In this document: positions 1-10,201 of the stretch, in pieces
How the letters are laid out: every line of letters starts with the position of its first letter
Position numbering within the stretch: position 1 is the first letter of the stretch
Source of the DNA: Geosiphon pyriformis uo1
Taxonomy: Eukaryota; Fungi; Glomeromycota
Assembly (NCBI GenBank): GCA_016748015.1
Contig: JAAOMT010000468.1
Span: 682,001 to 746,000 of the forward strand
Reading direction: 5' to 3'
Length of the DNA: 64,000 bases
Program-made: the position numbers and the translations under genes
Notes under the pieces: model-generated
What the model saw: the letters and a program-made list of their open reading frames with translations, nothing else
Told to the model about the DNA's origin: nothing
Databases searched by the model: none

Positions 1-292
1 TGGCTAAAAGATTGAATTCACTTATGCTGGCAGTTTCCCAGTCTAGCCCTGAATGTCAGCTGCTGGTGACCTCCCATTACAGAATTAGGTGGATAATGTA
101 GTGATGGGAGAGAATTTGGGTGGAACCATAGGTAGTAAGGCTGCTGCGAATTTTGACTTTTCTGTTTTTCCTAAGATGAAAAGACTGGAAAGCATGTTGG
201 AAGAACTTTCTGCTTCAGTACTGAGTCTAACAGCAAAATTCAATGGTTTAATTCTGACTGGTAGTGCAATTTTTAAAATCTTTTCTCAATGA
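1..292 (+). pseudogene. LINE A ORF1 C-terminal fragment
   Basis: LAKRLNSLMLAVSQSSPECQLLVT...KMKRLESMLEELSASVLSLTAKF...SQ* aligns with the end of LINE B ORF1 (LAKRLNSPGPTVS...KMEETLHNLSVTVMGLLAKI...SQ*). Confidence 0.85.
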
Positions 293-829
293 CCAGTCTA
301 GTTTGGAAGTTTGCCACATGCAATGTTAGAGGTATGAACAATCCTGCAAAGCAAGAAGATGTCATTTGTTGGCACAAAGACATAACCAATTTAGTTTCTA
401 TTTTTATGGAATTCAAGCTGAAAGGGAGGGCTCATTTCTGGTTGGCCAATAGATTTAATGAGGTTTGCATGTTTACTTCTAGTTTAGATATTGAGTATCT
501 GAATACTAGTGTGGTTATTATTATGAACTCTTCTTTGGCAAAGCATGTGTGCAAGATTTCTGAGGTGTCTGGCCAGCTCCTGTCTATTAAGCTGCTTTTC
601 AAAAATAAGCTATCTGTGTCAATTTTAGGGCTTTATGCTGGTGCTTTTTCAGTGGTCCAATTTTTCCAAGCTGATGAAATTAACTCTCTGGTGGCTAAAG
701 CTGTAAATGAATTCTCCTTTGTTATTTTTGGTAGTGATTTCAATAAAGACAGCTTTTGTAAACATGCCAGTTTTAGAGAATGCTTTGACTTGGGTCTGAC
801 AGACTCTCTGTGTGGGTGCTTCTTTGCAA
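289..829 (+). pseudogene. LINE A ORF2 part 1: AP-like endonuclease N-terminal part
   Basis: ATCNVRG, FMEFKL (ETKL), GLYA and GSDFN (GDFN) motifs; cut by the E1 LTR at 830. Confidence 0.92.
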
Positions 830-1809
830 TGTTACCAAAGGTTTTTGGTCTCTTTTCTTAAATGTTGTCAATGCTTGTTTGCTGTGAATTCACGTTTTCT
901 GGATGTGGTTGAACCTTCAGTAACTGAATTTATCTTCAAATTATCTCCTATAATTTGAACTGCTGGGCTTATAAGTGGAATGGCCAATTCTGTGCCAGTT
1001 GCTTTATGTAGTTATGTTGTAGTAAACGTCAACTCTTTCCCAAGAAATGCTTGTCTGGAAGCTTACTAAAAAATGTGTAGTTACTTTGCTGTGAAAGTCA
1101 ACTCTTCTACAGGAATTTCATCTGTAGGCTACCCTAATGATTGTAATAAGAAAAGAAAAGAAAAATAAAAGAAATGTAAAAGAAATAGGATTTTATCAAG
1201 GGAAACATTTTCTATCCAGGCCTGAAGTCACTAACAGTTTACTAAAATTGGTAGCTAATCAATTTTAAAACATTAGTTGGGTTTTGGGGATTTTCTAAGT
1301 GCAATAATTAAAAAATTTGGTTTTTCAAATTATTTGATATTTATTTTTTTGTGTGTGTGTAGGAATGGTTCTAAGTAATAAATCTAAAGTAAGATACATT
1401 TTCTCGAAGAGAGAAGCTTTTCTTTTATACAACTTGTTGTAACACTATTCTATGAACTTGAACTTTGCTATTTTCTACAATTTTGCTGAACTAAAGATAC
1501 ATTTCGGCAAACTACAAGTTATTTCTGCAAACTATTAGATATTTCGGTAAACTATCAATTATTTTGGCGAATTTCTACAAATTTCAGTAAACTTTTGAAT
1601 GTTACATAGTTCGGGGTATTGCATAATTGATTATCACAATTAGGTTATATTTGTGTTGTGTACAATTTGGGTTATTAATTAAATGATAATTTCGGACATT
1701 TTTGCTAATGTAATAAGTGATAATTTGAAATGATAATATATGCTAATTAATGATAGAAATTATAAGATAATTTTATGCTAAATAATATCTCTAATTTTGT
1801 CTGGTAACA
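830..1809 (-). repeat. E1 3' LTR (980 bp)
   Basis: Direct repeat of 19296-20275; TG...CA inverted termini; adjacent to the PPT. Confidence 0.96.
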
Positions 1810-2497
1810 TAACCTCCTCCTCAAAACTGAGCTCCATTAAAGTCCAAGTACTGTTTGTTATTTCCAGATAATAATCCAAAATTATTGAAGAAATTTGGTC
1901 TGAAAATTGTTGAAATTTCAGTTCTGTAAGCTTTTCAATGTATTAAATCTTCAAAGGTTGAAAAATTGGGTTTTGTAGTATGTTTTCACAGGTGTAGAAT
2001 AGGTCATAAAATCTAAAAGCAGCTCTGAGTCTGTAGTGACTGTTTGTTGATTCAGCTGTTGTCTTGAATTCGTTGTGGAGTTGTTTTTGAATAGCTTCTT
2101 TTGTGAGGTTTGCTGTTGTAAGTTCCAGTTTCCGTTTGTAGAGTGTTTTTCCAATGTGAAAATATCTATAGATTGGAGGATATTCAGTGTTTTTCTCATT
2201 GAGACACAGTTGAAGTTTTTGTTGAATTGTAGCATTTGGTGGAATACTAATCAGAGTGAGCATTAGGTTTTCTCTTAAAGCAAGCTTTAAAAGTTCTGGC
2301 AGATGAATTCCAGTATAATTTCTTGTGTTCTTTTTATACGGGTGATATTTTTGTGAATTTGGGGCTAAATTTGTAACTACTTTTGTTTGGGTATAATTAA
2401 TGTGGTTTCCAGTAACAGTAATGAATAATTCGAGTATTGTTTTTAAAGCTAACATTAATTTTTGGGATAATTGTTGAATGTTTTGAGGAATAGTCAT
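1778..2497 (-). pseudogene. E1 ORF3 (post-integrase ORF, unknown function), one internal stop
   Basis: Near-identical to the open E2 copy at 7982-8701; CAA>TAA at 1943-1945. Confidence 0.8.
1810..1822 (-). other. E1 polypurine tract
   Basis: GAGGAGGAGGTTA on the minus strand abutting the 3' LTR. Confidence 0.9.
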
Positions 2498-2617
2498 TAT
2501 AAGCAATTGAAAAAAAAAAAAATTATTTTTGGTGTATGAGTTTTTATGTTATTTTTGTTTTGTTTTTGTGAGATTGTTTCTAAATTATAAGAAGATAACT
2601 ATAATAATAAATTTAAA

Positions 2618-4003
2618 TTAAGTGTTCAAGTTGGGAGACTGTTCAATGACAACTATTGGTTCTAAATTTCAGAGAATGTCTTTGGGATTGATTAAAGGGG
2701 AATGTGTACCAATTTGTGGAATTAATGGTTCAGAATTGTTTCTGGAATTATAGTGTTTCAAATGATCTCCATGTACAACTTTTGCTAGAATTTTGTCATC
2801 AAGTCTTAGCTTGTATGATCCATTGTCTAGGACTTCATGGATAAAAAATGGTTCATCTCATTTATTCTCAAATTTTCCACTCTATTGTTTTTCAGCTTTA
2901 GTTCTGTGTAAGAGAACTTTGTTTCCAATTTTAAATTCATTGGTGACTGGAGGCAATTTGTCATCATGCTGTTCTTTTTGTTGAGCTTGAGAGTGTTTAA
3001 TATGGGTGGCTGCTATTCATTGTTTTCCTTCCAATGTGCTAAGCAGAGTGTAGGCTCTTTGCTGAAGCATTTCTTGGAAATTGTTTTCATCAATTGGTTG
3101 TGCTGGATATGTTTCCACTGTGAAACTAATTGGTAACATTGCCATCTTTCCATAAGTTAAATCAAATAGTGTGTGTTTTGTGGTATCTTGTTTTAGTGTT
3201 CTATATGCTAGTAACACTGATGGAATAAAGAGATCCCATTTTTGCTCAAAATTGGTTGAAACTTTGGCTAATGATTCACACAATGTTTTGTTGAACCATC
3301 CTACAAGTCCATTTGTTTGTGGATAGTAGGGTGAAGATAATGGTCTCTTGATATTAAATTGTTCACAAATTTCCTGGATTAAATTGTTCACAAAATGTGT
3401 TCCTTGATCAGATAAAAGTTTTATTGGGCATCCATGTCTACAAATGATGTCTTTGTAGATGAAGTTTGTTACTGATTTTGCATCTGCCCATTGAATGGCT
3501 CTGACTTCAGGCCATTTGGTAAAATAGTCTATGGCTATTATAATATAACAGTTTTTTTGGTTTGTGATAGGTAGTGGTCCGATTAAATCAATACCAACTC
3601 TGTTAAAAGGCTGTCCAACTTTGATTGGGTTTAAAGGTTCTGTAGGGTGAGTTCCTCCTCTTTTTTGACAACTATCACAAGATTCAACATATTTGTGAAT
3701 GTCTTTTCTCATTCGAGGCCAAAAGTAGTATTTTAGTGTTCTTTAGGTGGTGCTGTCTTTTCCGAAGTGGGCTGATAAAAGATCTGAGTGCATGTTGTAT
3801 AATATAGTTTCTTTTTCCTGTTCTTGTATTAATCTGAGTGGTTTGTCTGGGTTTTTGAAATTTCAATAATAAATAATGTTGTTGTGTAGAAAATATTGTT
3901 TGGCTTGTTGTTGTAGTCAATGTTTTTCATATGGAGACCAATTTATTGGGATTGTTAATGTTTCCAAATATTGTTTGAGATCGTTGTAGTTTTCTGAATT
4001 CAT
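2618..4003 (-). pseudogene. E1 integrase, with its own ATG at 4003 (461 codons, nonsense mutations)
   Basis: HHCC (MHSDL..AHF...CDSC), GIDLIG, LLSDQGTHF, PQTNGLV, degenerate GPF module, C-terminal LEPIVVIE. Confidence 0.92.
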
Positions 4004-4055
4004 TGTTTGTTGGCTCTTTTGGTTGGTTAAGTTGAGTGTTGGTTTTTGTGTTTTT

Positions 4056-7032
4056 CTAATCTTGTCTCATTCTGGAGAGACAGTCAACATTGGTATGGAG
4101 TTTTCCTGGTTTGTGATGTACTATGTATCAATAGTTTGCTAGAAATCCTGTCCATCAGGTTTGTTTTGCATTCAGCTGAGTATTTTTGTTCTGAAGCCAT
4201 TTGAGTCCAATATTATCAATGATAATATCAAATTCTTTAGGCCTGAGATAAAGATTGAAGTGGTGTAGGACCCAAATTATGGCTGCTGTTTCTAGTTCTG
4301 TGGCAGGGTAGTTTTTCTCAGCTGGTTTTAATGTAGTCTATTTGTATTCAATGTTTTTGGTGGTGGGGTTTTGCAATTTTCGAGAATCTTTTGATAAACT
4401 TCCAATAGTAGGATGCTAATCCTATAAATCCTTTTAGTTCTGTAGTGTTTTGAGAAGTTTTGAAGTTTTTGACAATGCTGATTTTTCCAGAGTCTGGTTT
4501 GATTCCATCTTTACTAACAATATAACCAAGGAAGGCCAGGCTTGTTTTTCCAAAGTAGCATTTTTCGATATTGAGTTTTAGTTCTACTTTTCATAATCAT
4601 TGAAAAACTTTTTGCAGGTGTTTTAAGTGTAATTCAAATGATGGAGAATAAATATCAGTATCGTCAAGATAAACGACTACTAATTTCCAAAGAAGTCCTT
4701 GGTACATAACATCTATTAATCTCTGAAATGTTGCTGGTGCATTGCATAATCCAAAAGGCATTATATTGAACTCGTAATTTCTGCCTTGGGTGGTGAATGC
4801 TGTTTTGGGGCGATCTTTGGGATCCATAGCAACTTGCCAGTAACCACTTTCTAAATCTAGTGTTGAAAAGTATTTGGATTTTCCAAGGGCATCTAACATG
4901 TCATCAATCTGAGAAAGGGGGTAGGTGTCTCCAATTGTAACACTGTTGAGTTGTCGATAGTCAACACAAAATCGGATCTTTCCATTTTTCTTTTTAACTA
5001 GCACTACAGGTGAAGCCCAAAGACTCATGGAGAGTTGGATAAGCCCATTGTTAAGCATTCGTTATACTTCTTCTCGGATGAATTGGTGGCTTTCTGGAGC
5101 AACTCGATATGCTTGTTGTCTTCTGGGTTTGGCATCTCCTGTATAAATTTGGTGTTGGACCAAATTGGTTCTTCCTAAGTCATTGTTGTTTTCAGCAAAG
5201 ATATCAGCAAATTCTGCAATTAGCTCTTTGAGCTGGGTCTGTTGTTGTGGTTCAAGTTGTCCTATGTTGATTCGAAATAGTTTTTCCATAACAACATGGT
5301 AGTTTTCGGAGCTGGAGTTTGGATTGATTTTTGGTAGTAAATATCCAATAATTTCAGAGAAATCGGGAACTGTTTGGGGTAATTCTTGTTAAAATATATT
5401 ACTGTAAATAACTCCAATTTCTAAATTATTTAATAAAATTATGGGGTAATTATTGGGGTTGTAAAAAGTAACTCAGACTTTCTTTGTTCCTTCTGGAATA
5501 TAAATGTTTGGAATCAAAATATTATGTTCCAAGCAGACTTGTTCATTGGACTCAAAAATTTGTTGTGTGGTTGTTGGCTTTGGACAGATGTAAATTTCCA
5601 GATGTTCTCCAAAGGGTGAGATGGTAATCAGTTGTGAAAGTTTGAGAATCTGGTGGGATTTGTTCTGTGTGTTAAGAGCTATATTAACTGGAACTGTAAA
5701 TCGTCCAGTTGAACCAAAACCTTGGGTTCCTCTATTGCTTTTTCCTAATTGTTCTCTTTGATTGACTAGTTGCAAACCCAAAATGTTGATTAAGAGTAGG
5801 TAAATAGCTTGGGCAATTTTTTCAGCATATTTGATCTTAAATGGTTTGTCAGTTTCATTTTGAAGCATCACTGTAATGTCTCCAGTATATCCAGCATCGA
5901 TTATTCCTCCTCTGACATTGATTTCTTTGCTTGCCAGAGAGGACCGGGAGGCGATTTGAACCATTGCTTCTGGCGGGATTTCGAGTGCAATTTTGAGGTT
6001 GATTTTTGTAAGAGATTTGGATTTGAGAACAAGAGTATCCTTGTCTGAATATTTTAGGTCATATCCAGCATCAATTTTGTGTGCTTTTTTGGGTTTTATT
6101 CCTTGTCCATTGTTGTTGAAGTATTTAAGTTGTAAGGCAGACTGATTTTTAATAAGGTAGATAGGTATTGTTTCAATTTTTTCCGTTGCTTCAGGTTCTC
6201 CAAATTCAATTTTGTTCTCATCATTTTCACTAAACAAGGGGATACTAAGAGCATAGCAATCAGGACACCACTGTTCATCGCAAGGCATAATGCATTCTTC
6301 ACATAGCCTAATGTTTATTTGCTCTAATCATTGAATTTGAGCTTCTTGGGTTGGGTAGATGTAACTTGCAATTTGGTGGTAGACTTCTACTTTGTCTTCA
6401 TAATCAAATCCAGCTAATTCCATGATGTATTCAATATATTCTGCTTCCTTCATTTGACGAACATCTTTTTTGGTAGCTCTATTAATTAATGTTATTGCTA
6501 GATCAAAAATCATCTCAGCATCATGGGGGTAGTGATAAAGTTTGTTGAGAGCACTGTTGTATGCTGCATTAAAGGGTGTTCCTCTTTTTGCTTTTTCTGA
6601 AATTGATAAAGCATATTGGCAGGTTTGATCACAGACTTCTCCTCTCATGGCTACATCAATCTAATTGCATTCTTCCAGTAGCATATCTCCACAAGTCAAA
6701 CAAAAGGTGTTGTTCCATTTTCTGCTCCTTTTTATTAGATGGCCCCATTGCTCTCTATGGCAAGCCTTGCAGTAATAACAAGTATGATTTTCATATTCTT
6801 CTTCAGGTGAAATGCAGGCTCCCATTGACGATAGTTTCTTGTGACAGTCTTTATATTTAAGGGGAATATAGGAGCGTTGTTTCTTTGGTTCGGGTTTTGA
6901 GTAAGAGATATTCCATCCAGAGGTTTCGGGTTCAGAATGTGGGATAAAATGTTTTTGTTCTGTTTCATTGGTCCAGTTGGACGTTAATCCAAGAGCCATG
7001 AATGTTTCAATGAGGGGTTTTTTCTCTTCCAG
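4056..7032 (-). pseudogene. E1 polyprotein 3' part: Cys-rich domain, dUTPase, RT, RNase H (~185-bp RNase H deletion near 4335)
   Basis: dUTPase motifs AGYDL, RSSLA, GIIDAGYTG, IAQ, RGTQGFGSTG; RT WASPVVLV, RFCVDYRQLN, MPFGLCNAPATFQ, YLDD; ends DCLSRMRQD* at 4056-4058. Confidence 0.93.
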
Positions 7033-8013
7033 TGTTACCGGAGGTTTTTGGTCTCTTTTCTGTAATGTTGTTGATACTTATTTACTGTAAATTCACATTT
7101 TCTGGATGTGGTTGAACCTCCAGTAACTGAATTTATCTTCAAATTATCTCCTATAATTTGAACTTGCTGGGCTTATGAGTGGAATGGCCAATTCCATGCC
7201 AGTTGCTTTATGTAGTTATGTTGTAGTAAATGTCAACTCTTTCCTAGGAATTGCTTGTCTGAAAGCTCACTAAAAATGTGTAGTTACTTTGCTGTGAAAG
7301 TCAACTCTTCTACAGGAATCTTGTCTGTAGGCTACCTTAATGATTGTAATAAGAAAAAAAAATAAAAATAAAAGAAGTGTAAAAAAAATAAGATTTTATC
7401 AAGGGAAACGTTTTCTATCCAGGCCTGGAGTCACTAACAGTTTACTGAAATTGGTAGCTAATCAATTTCGAAATGTTAGTTGGTTTTTAGGAATTTTCCA
7501 AGGGCAATAATTAAAAAATTTGGTTTTTCAAATTATTTGGTATTTATTTTTTTTTGTGTGTGTAGAAATAGTTCTAAGTAATAAATCTAAAGTAAGATAC
7601 ATTTTCTCGAAAAGAGAAGCTCTTCTTTTATACAACTTGTTATAACACTATTCTATGAACTTGAACTTTGCTATTTTCTACAATTTCACTGAACTAAAGA
7701 TACATTTCGGCAAACTACAAGTTATTTCTGCAAACTATTAGATATTTCGGTGAACTATCCATTATTTCGGCGAATTTCTATAAATTTTGGCAAACTTTTG
7801 AATGTTACATAGTTCGGGGTATTGCATGATTGATCATCACAATTAGGTTACATTTGTATTGTATACAATTTGGGTTATTAATTAAATGATAATTTCGGAC
7901 ATTCTTTGCTAATGTAATGAGTGATAATTTGAAATGATAATATATGCTAATTAATAATAGGAATTATAATATAATTTCATGCTAAATAATATCTCTAATT
8001 TCGTCTGGTAACA
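7033..8013 (-). repeat. E2 3' LTR (981 bp)
   Basis: Direct repeat of 15818-16798; close relative of the E1 LTRs. Confidence 0.96.
7683..7800. repeat. U3 array of six ~20-bp units with core TTCGGCGAA (present in all family A LTRs)
   Basis: atttcactgaacta / atttcggcaaacta / atttctgcaaacta / atttcggtgaacta / atttcggcgaattt / attttggcaaactt at 20-21 bp spacing. Confidence 0.75.
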
Positions 8014-8701
8014 TAACCTCCTCCTCAAGACTGAGCTCCATCGAAGTCCAAGTACTGTCTGTTATTTCCAGATAATAATCCAAAATTATTGAAGAAATTT
8101 GGTCTGAAAATTGTTGAAATTTCAGTTCTGTGAGCTTTCCAATGTATTGAATCTTCAAAGGTTGAAAAATTGGGTTTTGTAGTATGTTTTCACAGGTGTA
8201 GAATAGGTCATAAAATCTAAAAGCAGCTCTGAGTCTGTAGTGACTGTTTGTTAATTCAGCTGTTGTCTTGAATTCATTGTGGAGTTGTTTCTGAATAGCT
8301 TCTTTTGTGAGGTTTGCTGTTGTAAGTTCCAGTTTCCGTTTGTAGAGTGTTTTTCCAATGTGAAAATATCTATAGATTGGAGGATATTTAGTGTTTTTCT
8401 CATTGAGACACAGTTGAAGTTTTTGTTGAATTGTAGCATTTGGTGGAATACTAATCAGAGTGAGCATTAGGTTTTCTCTTAAAGCAAGCTTTAAAAGTTC
8501 TGGCAGGTGAATTCCAGTATAATTTCTTGTGTTCTTTTTATACGGGTGATATTTTTGTGAATTTGGGGCTAAATTTGTAACTACTTCTGTTTGGGTATAA
8601 TTAATGTGGTTTCCAGTAACAGTAATGGATAATTCGGGTATTGTTTTTAAAGCTAACATTAATTTTTGGGATAATTGTTGAATGTTTTGAGGAATAGTCA
8701 T
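7982..8701 (-). CDS. E2 ORF3, 239 aa, uninterrupted, unknown function; runs through the PPT into the 3' LTR
   Basis: Open from ATG 8701 (MTIPQNIQQLSQKL) to TAG 7982; homologues in E1, E3 and E4. Confidence 0.78.
   Translation of the reverse strand: MTIPQNIQQLSQKLMLALKTIPELSITVTGNHINYTQTEVVTNLAPNSQKYHPYKKNTRNYTGIHLPELLKLALRENLMLTLISIPPNATIQQKLQLCLNEKNTKYPPIYRYFHIGKTLYKRKLELTTANLTKEAIQKQLHNEFKTTAELTNSHYRLRAAFRFYDLFYTCENILQNPIFQPLKIQYIGKLTELKFQQFSDQISSIILDYYLEITDSTWTSMELSLEEEVMLPDEIRDII
8014..8026 (-). other. E2 polypurine tract
   Basis: GAGGAGGAGGTTA abutting the LTR. Confidence 0.9.
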
Positions 8702-8815
8702 TATAAGCAATTGAAAAAAAAAAAATTATTTTTAGTGTATGGGTTTTTATGTTATTTTTGTTTTGTTTTTGTGAGATTGTTTCTAAATTATAAGAGAATA
8801 ACTAGTAAAATTAAA

Positions 8816-10201
8816 TTAAGTGTTCAGGTTGGAAGGTTGTTCAATAACAACTATTGGTTCTAAGTTTTGGGAAATATCTTCGGGACTGACCAAAGGGGAA
8901 TGTGTACTAATTTGTGGAATTAATGGTTCAGGATTGTTTCTGGAATGATAGTGTTTCAAACGATCTCTATGTGCAACTTTTGCTAGAATTTTGTCATCAA
9001 GTCTTAGCTTGTATGATCCATTGTTTAGGACTTCATGGATAAAGAATGGTCCATCCCATTTATTTTCAAATTTTCCACTCCATTGTTTTTCAGCTTTAGT
9101 TCTGTGTAAGAGAACTTTGTTTCCAATTTTAAATTCATTGGTGACTGAAGGCAATTTGTCATCATGCTGTTCTTTTTGTTGAGCTTGGGAGTGTTCAATA
9201 TGGGTGGCTGCTATTCATCGTTTTCCTTCCAATGTGCTAAGCAGAGTGTAGGCTTTTTGCTGAAGCATTTCTTGGAAATTGTTTTCATTGATCGGTTGTG
9301 CTGGGTATGTTTCCACTGTGAAACTAATTGGTAACATTGCCATCTTTCCATAAGTTAAATCAAATGGTGTGTGTTTCGTGGTATCTTGTTTTAATGTCCT
9401 ATATGCTAGTAACACTGATGGAATAAAGAGATCCCATTCTTGCTTGAAATTGGTTGAGACTTTGGCTAATGACTCACACAATATTCTGTTAAAATGTTTT
9501 ACAAGTCTGTTTGTTTGTGGATGATAGGGCGAAGACAGAGGTCTTTTGACATTAAATTATTCACAAATTTTTTGTATTAGGTTGTTCACAAAGTGTGTTT
9601 CCTGATTGGATAAAAGTTCAATTGGACATCTATGTCTACAAATGATGTCTTCGTAGATGAAATTTGCTACTGATTTTGCATCTGCTCGTTGAATGGCTCT
9701 GGCTTTAGGCCATTTAGTAAGATAGTCTACAGCTACTACAATATAATGGTTTCCTTGAGTGGTAATAGATAGTGGTCTGACTAAATCGATACCAACTCTG
9801 TCAAAAGGCTGTCCAACTTTGATTGAATTTAAAGGTTCTGTAGAGCAAGTTCCTCCTCTTCTTTGACAACTATCACAAGATTTGACATATTCGTAAATGT
9901 CTTTTCTCATTTGAGGCCAAAAGTAGTATTCTAATGTTCTTTGGGTGGTGCTATCTTTTCTGAAATGTGCTGATGAAGGATCTGAGTGCATGTTATATAA
10001 AATGGTCTCTTTTCCTGGTTCTTGTATTAATCTGAGTGGTTTGGTTGGGTTTTTGAAATTTCGATGATAGATAATGTTGTTGTGTAGAAAATATTGTTTG
10101 GCTTGTTGTTGTAACCGATGTTTTTCGTCTGGGGACTAATCTGTTGGGATTGTTAATGTCTCCAAATATTGTTTGAGATTGTTGTAGTTTTCGGGGTTCA
10201 T
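8816..10201 (-). pseudogene. E2 integrase, own ATG at 10201 (461 codons, nonsense mutations)
   Basis: MNPENYNNLKQYLETLTIP start, MHSDPSSAHF...CDSC, GIDLV, KWDGPFFI (GPY/F), LEPIVVIE. Confidence 0.93.

Noticed and set aside
7982-8701. ORF3 as an env gene
   Set aside because: No signal peptide, transmembrane helix, fusion peptide or cleavage site; too short.
8816-8950. Chromodomain at the integrase C-terminus
   Set aside because: Only ~45 residues follow the GPF module and there is no aromatic-cage pattern.
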